Of a stretch of 64,000 bases of DNA, positions 10,416 through 20,921 are shown in pieces (the stretch's first letter is position 1; every line of letters starts with the position of its first letter). A program made the translations under genes and the position numbers. Source of the stretch: a virus (lineage: Duplodnaviria; Caudoviricetes); IMG/VR virus record IMGVR_UViG_3300020045_008916, positions 10,166 through 74,165 of that record; one strand, given 5' to 3'. The notes under the pieces are model-generated. The model saw nothing but the letters and a program-made list of their open reading frames with translations, was not told where the DNA came from and ran no database searches.

Positions 10416-10691
10416 ATGGAAATATCTGGTAAAATCATAGAGATAGGAAGTGTTCAGCAAGTAAGCGAGACATTCAGAAAAAGAGAGTTAGTGATTGAAT
10501 ATGCTGAGAACGAAAGTTATCCTGAGTATATCAAATTTGAGTTGCTACAAGATAAGGTAGCCTTGCTTGATGGATTAAGAGTGGGTGAAAAGGTAGATGT
10601 TTCCTACAATTTAAAGGGAAAAGCTTTTACCAACAGGGAAGGAGTTACAGGCTATTTTACTAGTCTAGTGGTTTGGAGAATTTCTAAGTGA
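10416..10691 (+). CDS. DUF3127 OB-fold ssDNA-binding-like protein
   Basis: FRKRELVIE..YPEYIKFELLQDK...VSYNLKGK..YFTSLVVWRI, characteristic of Bacteroidota. Confidence 0.8.
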   Translation: MEISGKIIEIGSVQQVSETFRKRELVIEYAENESYPEYIKFELLQDKVALLDGLRVGEKVDVSYNLKGKAFTNREGVTGYFTSLVVWRISK

Positions 10692-10966
10692 AAACCCAAT
10701 TCATAATCTATAAAATCTACTGGCCTAGCAAAGCATATTACTTTGGAAAGACCAGAGGTTTTGGGAAGCGAAGGAACAGGCATTTGAGAGAGATGCGAGA
10801 AGGTACGCACCATAACATCAACTTGGTAAAGATGTTTGAAAAATACGGGGTACCCAAGATTAAAATCTGTGCATACGCTCACTCGGATGAGGAGCTTCAT
10901 GTGATGGAGAAACAATTTCTTGCAGCCTATAAGGGAAACAGGAGATGTTTAAATCTTAACTTTTAA
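10688..10966 (+). CDS. GIY-YIG homing endonuclease-like protein
   Basis: IIYKI...YYFGKT...R.NRH...HHN pattern. Confidence 0.7.
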   Translation: MKTQFIIYKIYWPSKAYYFGKTRGFGKRRNRHLREMREGTHHNINLVKMFEKYGVPKIKICAYAHSDEELHVMEKQFLAAYKGNRRCLNLNF

Positions 10967-10968
10967 AT

Positions 10969-11001
10969 AAAGGGAGGGGCTTAGTTGCTGCCTCCCTTTT
11001 T
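10969..11001. terminator. Probably bidirectional intrinsic terminator at the convergence of the + and - operons
   Basis: AAGGGAGG...CCTCCCTT stem with T-tract on + and an A-rich 5' flank. Confidence 0.8.
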
Positions 11002-11008
11002 GCTTTTA

Positions 11009-11209
11009 CTATTTAATTGTTTTTACAAATGGTAGACCACCACCTGAATAAGTAGAAGGCAATACTCCGTTCCATTTATCAATAGCTGCTTGTTGTAAGA
11101 TTTCTGGTGTGATGCCTTTAGATTTGATAATATTCTCTTCAGCTTGTAACTCTGAAGCTATGTCCGTCCTTTGTTGTAAAAGAACTGAAAGCTCTAAAAG
11201 AGAATGCTT
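11009..11209 (-). pseudogene. Start-less C-terminal remnant of an SPFH/band-7 protein
   Basis: The frame reads ...AEENIIKSKGITPEILQQAAIDKWNGVLPSTYSGGGLPFVKTIK*, is preceded by in-frame TAA TAA, and has no ATG. Confidence 0.65.
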
Positions 11210-11232
11210 TTATTAAAGTTCCTCTCAACCAT

Positions 11233-11529
11233 TTAACTATTTCCATAATATTGCCTCCTTAGTTTGTCTTTTAATTCGTAAATGATAGTTGCTTCTGGAA
11301 ATTCTGCAAGCAGTTTCTCTCTTCCCACATTATCGTACAGGTGATGTATCCTAGGTTGAACCATCAGTATATTTTCTGGTAAAAGCCTAAAGCTTGGATA
11401 GGCTCCCTTGCCAAGGATGTGAGCAAAATTATTGACATTGAAGGGTATCCACTGTCCTGTAATTTCACAGCACTCGTTCCTCTGTTCGTAGATTTCTTTG
11501 AAGAGCTTTAACTCGCCAGTAGCTGTCAT
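11233..11529 (-). CDS. Small HNH-like nuclease
   Basis: CEITG, FAHILGKG, ENILMV, HHLYD. Confidence 0.5.
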   Translation of the reverse strand: MTATGELKLFKEIYEQRNECCEITGQWIPFNVNNFAHILGKGAYPSFRLLPENILMVQPRIHHLYDNVGREKLLAEFPEATIIYELKDKLRRQYYGNS

Positions 11530-12488
11530 GATAAGTTTTTAAAATACCACTGTCTAACGTAAGGGGCTAATTTTCCCGTAATCTTTTTCCACTCAAGTTT
11601 GCTGCTTACCACAACATCCTCTTCTTCTTTCAAGATGTCTTTCATGACCCACTGGATAAACTCTCCCGTATTTTTAGGTGAAAGCTCTATCCCGTTCGAT
11701 GATAGTACTTCTAGGCCTTGTTTAAGCCTGTTCTCAGTTGCCGCATATTCGATGAACTGTTGAATGTTTTCTAGCTCTTCCGTATCAACTGAAGCTATCT
11801 TTGTAACCTTTGAGCTGGAATGCTTTTCACCTTTAGATTTGAATTTCAAGTTAGGGTCAGAGTCGCAGGTAAAAACAATACCTTCACCAATGCCAGACAC
11901 TCCAAACGCTTTTGCAAACGGACACTCATCTTCTACGGCAATTGTGAGCTCTATCAATTTGTTCTGGATAGCTTCTGGACTGTTAAAATCGATATCTACC
12001 TTCCAAGTAGGGAAATTATCTATATGGTAAATGCCCTGTTCTCTGTCATTAGAGTTAAAATAATCTATCCAAACCCCATCAATCATAGCACCGAAAATAA
12101 CAAAGACTTTAGGAAGCTCATTAAGTGCAACACCTTTTTGGATGTTACCGCCACACCATTCTCCAAATATTGCAATATATTCGTTGAATTGCATACCGCT
12201 GAATAACCAACCCAATTCTTTACCTGACATTGCTGTGGCAAAACCTGCATTGTCGGAGCCGACAGAAAGTACTCTCTCTCTCGATTGAAATTCAATCCTG
12301 TCCTTATACTTCACAACCGCTGCATTAGTGCCGTGCAGCTTGACCCTACCAGTAAAACTAAGTGTTGGGTAGGGTGATGTGTTTCTGTAGATTGGACTAC
12401 CATCAGCATCTTTGCCTTGATAATCATGTTTTGTTCTGACAGCTCTTACTATATTTCTGAACTGTTCAATTGAAGGATATTTTACCAT
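11526..12488 (-). CDS. RNA ligase, Rnl2 family
   Basis: Nucleotidyltransferase motifs KLHGTN, FQSR, FGEWCG, GEGIV and FKSKGEKH. Confidence 0.85.
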   Translation of the reverse strand: MVKYPSIEQFRNIVRAVRTKHDYQGKDADGSPIYRNTSPYPTLSFTGRVKLHGTNAAVVKYKDRIEFQSRERVLSVGSDNAGFATAMSGKELGWLFSGMQFNEYIAIFGEWCGGNIQKGVALNELPKVFVIFGAMIDGVWIDYFNSNDREQGIYHIDNFPTWKVDIDFNSPEAIQNKLIELTIAVEDECPFAKAFGVSGIGEGIVFTCDSDPNLKFKSKGEKHSSSKVTKIASVDTEELENIQQFIEYAATENRLKQGLEVLSSNGIELSPKNTGEFIQWVMKDILKEEEDVVVSSKLEWKKITGKLAPYVRQWYFKNLS

Positions 12489-12667
12489 TATGATAATTCT
12501 TTAATTTTTTCGTGAATAACTGCTCTCTGAAATAGGATGCTGCAAACACAATACAGGCAGGTATAGGTCAAGCAATGTGTGAAGGTATAGAACCAAATCC
12601 AGAGCGCGATAATTATGATAGTGAGAATGTTATTTAGGACTTTATAGGCTGTTAGCGTAGTCCTCAT
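12488..12667 (-). CDS. Small membrane protein (59 aa, below the ORF-track cutoff)
   Basis: MRTTLTAYKVLNNILTIIIIALWIWF...; its stop overlaps the ligase ATG (TAATG). Confidence 0.55.
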   Translation of the reverse strand: MRTTLTAYKVLNNILTIIIIALWIWFYTFTHCLTYTCLYCVCSILFQRAVIHEKIKELS

Positions 12668-13485
12668 AATATTTTAGGTTTTCTAAATAGTTTTCTGTTG
12701 TAAGTGTTGGAAGTTGGAAGGTTGGTGGTGGTAGTTCTGAAAAACCACAGCATTTTGCTGCACAGTTATAGCCTCCGAAATAACCTTTACGAAGATAATC
12801 CATAGCCACTTCAAAGCTGTCTATAAAATATTTTTCTTGCTCCTCAGAGAAGGTAAGGTTGAAAACATCCCCGCCCACAAGAAGCTCGGCTGCTGTCTTG
12901 ATACCTAATTTATCTTCTACCGTCCAAGCTTTTCCCCTAATCTCGCAGATAGTGTTAGTTGCAGCACATCCGAAGCAGATATTATCTCTAGTATCTCCAT
13001 AAGTGTCCATATCAATCTCAACGTGCTTAGCTTTTAAGCCATTAACCATAGCCATAACAATATCCTTACCTGACATGGCTTTTACTATTTCACTGAATTT
13101 CTTTTCCATTTCTTTCGATTTTTAAATTGTAAAACAATGTGTCCTCAGTGAAATGTACGCTCTCTTGCATATCCTCAATCACTGTTGGTATTCCCTTGCT
13201 ATTGTACTTGGCTTTCCCACCTTTAAGGGTTTCTTTGCTTGCTTCAGGGTCGATAGCCTCTTCGTCTTGTAGGTTTGTAATCTTTGTAACGTTAAACTCA
13301 CCTTCTGGCAAGATGATAGTATCACCTATGTTAACCTCAGTGTTTGAGAATAGGTTGATTGTGTTGGGAGTTGAAAGGAATTGGTGGTAGCTTGGGTATT
13401 CTTTATAGTTGTTAAGGTCGTGTTTCATTATAGGGGTTTTAGTTTTTAAAATTCTATGTCTTTCTGACATCAATACTTTCTTCAT
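12642..13485 (-). CDS. Two hypothetical early proteins (12642-13109, 13090-13485)
   Basis: Co-oriented overlapping ORFs from the track. Confidence 0.6.
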
Positions 13486-13497
13486 GGTTAAAAGCTT

Positions 13498-14109
13498 TTA
13501 CTTAACAAAATTAATAAGAAAGTCTAGCAATAGTTGTTTGTAATTTACAGCAGCACCTAAAACAGCAGCAGCAGCATCAGCAGCATAAGCAGCATAAGCA
13601 GCATAAGCAGCATAAGCAGCATAAGCAGCAGCAGCAGCAGCAGCATCAGCAGCATAAGCAGCATAAGCAGCATAAGCAGCAGCAGCAGCAGCAGCATCAG
13701 CAGCATAAGCAGCATAAGCAGCACCAAAAGCAGCAGCAGCATCAGCAGCATAAGCAGCATCAGCAGCAGCCCTTCTTTTTATCCTCAAAAACTCTAAGTC
13801 GACAGTACCATTCAAATAATCTTGTGTCGCTTGTATAGCCTCTCTTGGGGCTTTACTTGGATACTTTTTCTCGTAGATAGGTAATACAATCAATGCAACA
13901 CCAATGGCAAGTAATCTAAACTCTTTATCTTGTAATTGGCAATTGTTTCTTACAAACCAAAACTTATCCTTTAAGGAAATATCTAGATTTAAAATCTGTT
14001 GGATTGACATCTCTTGTGCCTCGCCAATGATAGTTTCAGATTTGCCAGCAGTTTCTTTATAGCAGCCACTACCCGCTAAAATTTCTTTTCTTGAAAATAA
14101 TGTTTTCAT
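13498..14109 (-). CDS. Imm5-like domain protein with Ala/Tyr/Asp low-complexity repeat
   Basis: VLPIYEKKYPSKAPREAIQATQDYLNG followed by an AADAAYAA-type tract. Confidence 0.55.
   Translation of the reverse strand: MKTLFSRKEILAGSGCYKETAGKSETIIGEAQEMSIQQILNLDISLKDKFWFVRNNCQLQDKEFRLLAIGVALIVLPIYEKKYPSKAPREAIQATQDYLNGTVDLEFLRIKRRAAADAAYAADAAAAFGAAYAAYAADAAAAAAAYAAYAAYAADAAAAAAAYAAYAAYAAYAAYAADAAAAVLGAAVNYKQLLLDFLINFVK
13563..13770 (-). repeat. GCA-based tandem repeat encoding (AAY/AAD)n
   Basis: Runs of gcagcataa, gcagcatca and gcagca. Confidence 0.95.
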
Positions 14110-14113
14110 AATT

Positions 14114-15547
14114 TTACTTATAATAAGTTAATAATTGTCCGATAGGTTCACAAATATAATAGTAGGTCTTGACAAAACTCCTGTACTTGGGATGGTATCT
14201 ATAAATAGCCGACTTTCTCCGTCTCTTAGGAGTTTCAACTTTCAATATACGCTCCCCCATTTTATGAGCTTTCTCAGCTACCTCGTGTAAATGTGTGAAG
14301 TACTGGTACTTGTTGCCGTAATAGCGTACCGTATAGGGCAAATCGAAAAGTTCTATGCTGTTCATTATGATAGTACGCTAGGATTGATATCTTTGATTGG
14401 TATCCCACCCTTGACAGTCTCTATGTCAATATTCCCGTTACGATAGATGGCTGTGATAAAGAACCACCTGCCCAAGTAAGGAGCCTCAAGTTCTGTCCGA
14501 AACTCGGGAGATATCTCTACCTTTATCCCAGAGAGCATCTTACTCAGGAGGTGTTTTAGTTCTTTGGTCTTCATATCCACTGTTCTTCTTTGGAATGTTT
14601 AATTACGTTATTTATAAACCGACTATTTTTGTGAGGATTTAAAGAAGTTGGATAGTGCTTCGCTAAAATCATTGTTTGATTATTTCTCATCAAGGCGAGT
14701 TTCCCTCGTATGCTAATTATCCTCTGAATATCCCCTTTTGCAGGTTTACTGTAATCTGGTTTATACATAGTTATAGGTTGGCAATAATTTGAAAAAGATT
14801 GTCGGTCGCTAGATTAAGCAGATGTTCTTTTATCTGTTCGTACTCTGCCTCAATTTTTCCAAGATTGAAACCATAATCTGCCACTAGAATTGCATAACAA
14901 GCAGCAGCATCTTTATGCGTATAGTCCTTGTCAAGGATAAGTTTCAAAAGTCTTGACTTTTCACGCAAATCTGCGGCTTCTACTGGTAAGTATAAGTCTA
15001 AAAACAGTTCTGGCTCTATATTGAAAAGATTGCCACCCGAAGTAAGGTCTATCAGACCGTTTGTATTGAACAGCACATTAATAATCTCAAAATCAGGTTG
15101 TTCGACTTCCAACAACTCTAGGCTTTCCAAATTTCCATAGGCAATGTGTTTTGCATAGGCATTCATTTGGGAATAAGTGCCAACTTTCTGGCCTGTTACG
15201 GGAACTCTGAGAGCTACCTTGTTCTGGACATCGTAGATGCTGTATTGATTTCTGATTATGCCAAAATAAAGGGCATCTTCTTTGGCCTGTATGTTCTGGC
15301 TGATATCCAGTGTGGCAGTTTTGCCATTCACCCACACACTGAAGTAGGTGTTATCTTTGATATGGTTTTTATATTCTGCAATATAATTTTCCAAACTTGG
15401 CAAAAAATTTGTGATATCCGACTGATGTGAATATGGTGATAGTGCTACCATAAATCCAGTTGTAGGGGTCTGTCCCTCTAGGTTAAAAGACAAACCTCCG
15501 TTTGCTAAGGCAAGTACTGCCATTCTGATAATGTTTTGCTTGTTCAT
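14114..15547 (-). CDS. Hypothetical early proteins (14114-14365, 14365-14580, 14571-14768, 14771-15547)
   Basis: Tightly packed co-oriented ORFs. Confidence 0.55.
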
Positions 15548-15558
15548 GTTGCTTTAGA

Positions 15559-16539
15559 TTAAAAATTAGGATTGATAAGTGATTGGCATTCTTGTTCGCT
15601 GACTTCTCTAAGAACCAAGAGTTTAGGAGTTCTTACCTTTCCATCACAATCCGCTGACACAATAATATCAGCAGCATCTACCTCACACTCTAAAATCACC
15701 ATATCTGACCAATTACGACCAAAATCTATAGCCCACTTCAAATGAGAGACATGAATGCCTTGAGAACAACTATTTTTAGAATTGTTATCTGTTTTCTTTT
15801 CTTGCTTAAGCTCTCCAATAACATACTTAAAACTCCTGTCATAGTCTGAACAGTAATTTTCACCCACCTTGTGAACAGCTTTGTAAAGAATTGCCTTATC
15901 ACCCACCATTTTAACTGGATAATTTTTTCGATAGACATCAAAATTGTTTTCAATGGTAGGTATTTCAATTAAAATAGAAGTGTCGTTCAATGATAGTTTT
16001 AAATTCTTAACATTATCAGAAAAAACACGAAGAGAGTTATAACCGAAACAAACCACAGTATTTGCGCCCTTCAGCAAATTGACCTGTGAGCTTCCCCACA
16101 TTTCTTTGACCTGTGAGCTTCCCCGCATTTCTTTGACCTGTGAGCTTTCCCGCATTACATTGACCTGTGAGCTTCCCCGCATTACATTGACCTGTGAGCT
16201 TTCCCGCATTTCTTTGACCTGTGAGCTTCCCCGCATTACATTGACCTGTGAGCTTCCCCGCATTACATTGACCTGTGAGCTTTCCCGCATTTCTTTGACC
16301 TGTGAGCTTCCCCACATTTCTTTGACCTGTGAGCTTTCCCACATTTCTTTGACCTGTGAGCTTTCCCGCATTACATTGACCTGTGAGCTTCCCCGCATTT
16401 GCAAGATGATAGTTGTACCTAGTACGCAGTCAATTTTTGCATTGACTAAAATATATACGCCACCCTCTAGTATTATTGGTGACGTGTTATTTTCAATTCT
16501 GAAAGGATTTAATAAAGTACCTTTGTTTATTCTTTCCAT
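15559..16539 (-). CDS. Nonapeptide-repeat (probable beta-solenoid) protein with conserved phage C-terminal domain
   Basis: 12 x M[R/W][G/E]SSQV[NV/KE/NL], then YCSDYD..FKY.IGE..CSQGIH..ECEV..DGKVR domain. Confidence 0.7.
   Translation of the reverse strand: MERINKGTLLNPFRIENNTSPIILEGGVYILVNAKIDCVLGTTIILQMRGSSQVNVMRESSQVKEMWESSQVKEMWGSSQVKEMRESSQVNVMRGSSQVNVMRGSSQVKEMRESSQVNVMRGSSQVNVMRESSQVKEMRGSSQVKEMWGSSQVNLLKGANTVVCFGYNSLRVFSDNVKNLKLSLNDTSILIEIPTIENNFDVYRKNYPVKMVGDKAILYKAVHKVGENYCSDYDRSFKYVIGELKQEKKTDNNSKNSCSQGIHVSHLKWAIDFGRNWSDMVILECEVDAADIIVSADCDGKVRTPKLLVLREVSEQECQSLINPNF
16075..16398 (-). repeat. 12 x 27-bp tandem repeat
   Basis: Invariant core gacctgtgagctt in every unit; 324 bp in total. 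Confidence 0.97.
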
Positions 16540-16584
16540 TGTTATTTTAGATATTTTTAAGTTTTAACCTGTTAATCTTATCTA

Positions 16585-19190
16585 CTATCTGTTCTCTTGA
16601 GAAAACATGCCACATTCACCTAAAAACCAGTCTATAATATCATATCTGGGGTCATAGGTCGTATCTTTAACAACTCTTCCGTCTACACTATTAATCCACA
16701 AATCTACATGCAAGCCATAAGGTAGGTGGTTATCCTTATTCTTCCAATAGAATGCAAAAGCATCCCACAAATCTTCTGTTCTAAAAATTGTTTCTGTACC
16801 CTGTGCGGAAGATAATAATACTTGATACTCTGCCGTATCTCCTTCCAAAAATTCCAGTTGTTCCATGATTTTTAAATTTCGTCTATAAATATATCGTTGA
16901 TGTGTTTTAACATACCAACACCGTTTTTAATTTTTTGTTTTACTTTTCTCTTAGCCTCTGTTTTGTTTTTGGCTTTTATCGTCATTACAATCGAGTAAAA
17001 ATCGACATCTACTGTGTAACTTTTCATGGCTCAAGCTCTATTACCCGTACAATGTCCTTGCCAAACCCTAACTCCTTAGCAGTTGCCTCGTCCGCAGTAA
17101 ATTTATCGTGACCATACTCCTCTTTAAATTTAAATAAGACTCCATTTACAGTAGTATGTTTTGAACCTGTTCTTACATCACAGCCTGAAAGGACTCTCTT
17201 ACAAGCCTTACTAACTGCACAATTTCCGTTGCTAATGTAGGAAGTATCTTTAAAGTCGCTTGCAATAAGCACTAATACTTTTGGATTTTTCATGATAAGA
17301 ATAATGAAGTTATATCGGTTTTGTTAATTGGATTTTTGAATATTGTTTGGAAACGTGATTGATGATAGTCGTTAACCTCGTAAAGGTACACACGAAACCC
17401 CAATTTTTCAACAGCTTCTTTGACCTCTTCATTGGTAAAAGCTATTTTAAAACGCTCTATGGTGTTAAAAGCAAACTTATAAGGGTCACAAGCGGCTGCT
17501 CCCAAAGAAGCTACTAATTCCCAATCTGCATGTAGGGGTGGGAACATATTACAATTCGAATGTCTGCCCCTAATAGTCGCTTGCATAGAATGCTGAAATA
17601 TTCTACTGTAGCCGTCATCTCCACGAGAATGCCAAAGGCCTTTACAATCAGAAGGGTGTTCAATCCTGAAAACTTGAATTACACGTTTCATAAGCTTTTA
17701 CTATTAAGGTGCTGTTAACTCTTCGAAAGTGAATAAACCAAGTTCAGTAATACCTCTACTAATCTTAAACTTACCCTTGATAGCTATCCCATCATGGATT
17801 GTTTGAAGTGCTTGCCACTGGTCAATCGTTAGTTTTCCAACTGCTTCAGGTCTGAGAATACCTGCGTTTTCTCGTAAAATATAGTCAGCAGATTTGTCTC
17901 TCAAATACGGGCTAGTGTTTATTTCCTTGGCATTTAAAAGGTTTTTACCAAGGACACACTGTCTACCATCTTTGGTGTCATATCTACAAGAACCACCCTC
18001 ATATCCACATGTTGAAGGGTCTTTATAGTAAGGTCTGATTTGCTCTAAAGCAAACTCTTTTGCTGTTTGATTTTCCATTACGCTCTTTTTGTTAAGATGA
18101 TAGTTCTGATTACATTTTCTCCGTAGCCCGAGTGATAAGCCTTGTCTTTATCATCTCCAAACTCTGTCTCTCCGTAGTAGTCAAAAGCATAGTACACCCT
18201 CTCTGTCTGTGCAAGGTCAGGGTATAGGAATACACTGTCCGTACCTGTATTCGGAAATTGTTGTCCCTCTTGTCTTTTGAGAGCTTTTGATATCGCACAG
18301 TTACCATTGTCTGTGTATCTTGTGTTTACAAAGTCAATGCCTTTTAATTCTAATGTGATTGTGTTTTTCATATCTAAATGTATAAATAAATTTCTTGTTC
18401 CTCTTTGTTTTGTACCCAAGCAAAAGCACGTCCGCTAACCTCAATCCCAAATCCACCGATTGTCCATTTCTCATCCGCATCAATACATACTTTCAAGTTA
18501 CAGACAAAGTATCCCGCCCAACTACCAGATGAGGTGTAAGCAAGTCCCAAACAATTTAAAAGGTTATTCCAAGCACTTCGCCCTGTAAACTTAGGCAAGG
18601 CGCACCGTTTGGGCAGTCTTGCAACGTGGGTGTTATTTTTGAAATAAGTTACGATAGCTTTTTCTAGGTAGTTGAAATCGCTTTCTGAAAATGTTGTTAG
18701 TGCGTTCATATTAAATTCTCCCCGATGATAGTACATTAATGGTAAAAGCTCTTTGGTTTTCTACAAACTCCCCTGTCTTTTGATGAGAAGCCGCCTGTGC
18801 TATAACCTCAATCAAAATCAACTCTCTTTCTAAGTGCCAGTCCTCAGGCAGTTCCGCACACTGTGCAAACGCTACACGTGCCTCGCTCATGTACTCAAAA
18901 TCTTCGTTTAATTCTAAGTGCTTAGCATCGTGCCAAGCTCTGAATAGTATGTTTATATAGGGGTCTCCGAAAATTGTATTATCGCAATGGTCTCCCGATA
19001 TAGGCATGTATCCGTGTTTTTTGGTGGCTTTTTTGAACTCTTCAAAGGACATTTCTTCTCCACACTCTACAGTGAATTTTAAATTATTTGTTCTGTTGAC
19101 AATCCAGTCGTTCAACCTTTGACTGAATGGTGTACTAGCTTTTAACCTTAATAGCTGTTCGATTGAGTACCCGTTTTTGTTGTTTTCCAT
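16585..19190 (-). CDS. Cluster of hypothetical early proteins (16585-16866, 17024-17293, 17290-17691, 17704-18078, 18078-18419, 18374-18736, 18711-19190)
   Basis: Co-oriented abutting ORFs; 17024 and 18078 are paralogues. Confidence 0.6.
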
Positions 19191-19204
19191 TTCGTGATTT
19201 GTTT

Positions 19205-19253
19205 TAGTACTCTGTGTTTTACAGGCTTGTAACCGTCTTTGGCCACATTGCTA
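19205..19253 (-). ncRNA. Twister ribozyme, P1 type
   Basis: UAGC^AA UGU GGC CAAAG ACGG UUACAAGC CUGU AAAAC ACA GAGU ACUA: P2 UGU/ACA, P4 ACGG/CUGU, L4 UUACAAGC, GAGU; P1 is short (3 bp plus C-A). Confidence 0.8.
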
Positions 19254-19287
19254 GGTGCTTTTCAGGTTAAGCACCAAACCGTCTACT

Positions 19288-19431
19288 CTAGTAGCTTGAT
19301 AGGTTGAAAATAGTTCCGTTGATATGTGCCACAACCAACATAGAGATGATAGTTGCCAAGAACAGGATGCCGCCAACGATAGCGCACTTCTCGTTTATAG
19401 GCTTTGACCTAAAATAGTGGATAGCTTTCAT
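19288..19431 (-). CDS. Small membrane peptide (47 aa)
   Basis: MKAIHYFRSKPINEKCAIVGGILFLATIISMLVVAHINGTIFNLSSY. Confidence 0.55.
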   Translation of the reverse strand: MKAIHYFRSKPINEKCAIVGGILFLATIISMLVVAHINGTIFNLSSY

Positions 19432-19432
19432 T

Positions 19433-20872
19433 TTAATCTTTGGTTAGGTCTACTTCAACAAGTTCTTTTATTTCCAACGTAATATGGTTAGCATATAGTT
19501 TTCTTTGACCACGCTCCCACAAATCTAAAGCGGTAGCTCTCGGCTGCTCGTTATGTTCATCCACCAAACACGATGTTTGAATGTTACCGTCTTCAACCTC
19601 ACAGTTAGCAAAGTCCAAATTAAATCCAACGTGTTGAAAGTATTTGCCTATTGCATCTTTCCAGTTTTCAGCCTCTACAATTTCATCTAGCGTATAGGCG
19701 TTAACACTTTCTAATTGTTCGCCCTCTAAATAGATGTCTTCATAAACATCGTGCATGGAAGTTATATAAAATCTTTTCATGTTGTTAGTTTTTATGTTTA
19801 GCAAATATTTCAATTATCTTAACATCTCTTCCACTCTTAGCGTAGTGGTTACGTCCATCATTAAATTGTACTACATTTTTATTGTAAAATCTCACACGGC
19901 TTCTGTTGACTAACAAATCCTTAACCAGTGGGTTTTCAAAAATGGAAACTTGTACAGCTTCTTTTCTTTTAGCCCTTAATTTTTTCTTAGTACGAATTTC
20001 ATCTATGTTAATAGTTAGCCTTAATTTTGCTATTTCTGATTTAATTTCACGGCTTAATTTAAACCGCATATCTAGTTTTGGCAGTCGCCCACATAAGACA
20101 AACGCTGTCGATGTTACGGCTTTTATTGCAATTAGCTTTGCTTTCTTATTCATGTTACAAAAGTTTAGGGTTTTTAATTGAGGGGATAAAATCGTTTTCC
20201 ATCCATTCGACGAACAACAACCAGCGTTTAGCTTGGCGTGTTTTATATCTTCTTAGCGTGTTGGTTTTCATATTTATAGGAATTTATGTTTAACTCTCTT
20301 TTTTGCTTCGCTGTAAAACTCCCCATCTTCATCTTCCAAGTCCATCAATACTATTTGCAATCCCTCCCGAGTGCCTCCATTATCAGCCCATTCTAATTGG
20401 TTAGGAGAATAGTCTTTGAAATACTCGTCTTCAACATCACCAACACCTACAGTTAAAAAGCTTAACAACGCTATAGAACTTTCTAAGCTATCCCACGAAT
20501 GAAAAATAGAGGGTTTATAATCAGCCCCTTTAAAAAGCAACTTACCATCTACGTACATTTTATAAGCTACTTTATCACCACAATAGTAAGTGGTTAGGCT
20601 AATACCTAAATCTTTGATTTTAGTAGAGGCTAGTTTTTGCGTAAAATAGTTAGTTTTCATAGCTTTATGGTTTCTAAATCTCCTCTTAAAATCCTACCTA
20701 GATAGGCGGTTTTGCCCTCATCAACTAAAAATAATAATCTACCTATCTGCTTTAAGTCTTTTTTGAAACGTCCGTTTAACAAGCCTTCAAATACGCTTGG
20801 TGCAAGAATGCTTTTATGAGTTTCTACTAAAGCAAGTAATTGCTCGTTTGTTGTTAAGATATACTGTTTCAT
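19433..20872 (-). CDS. Hypothetical early proteins (19433-19813, 19785-20153, 20155-20271, 20274-20660, 20657-20872)
   Basis: Abutting co-oriented ORFs lying between the type III hammerhead and the twister. Confidence 0.6.
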
Positions 20873-20921
20873 TGTTTCGTTATTTTTAACTCATCAGGCT
20901 AGACACACATCTAGCGACAAT
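20871..20921 (-). ncRNA. Hammerhead ribozyme, type III
   Basis: AUUGU C^ GCUAGA(UGUGUG)UCUAGC CUGAUGA GUUA(AAAA)UAAC GAAAC AAU: perfect core and three perfectly paired stems. Confidence 0.93.

Noticed and set aside
13557-13760. Poly-Leu/Met ORF
   Set aside because: Alternative frame of the GCA repeat in 13498-14109.
16037-16567. Alternative-frame and antisense ORFs over the 27-bp repeat (16037-16342, 16079-16567) and CRISPR-like appearance
   Set aside because: The units are contiguous with no spacers and in frame with a protein-coding gene; the extra ORFs are stop-free by-products of the repeat. No cas genes are present.
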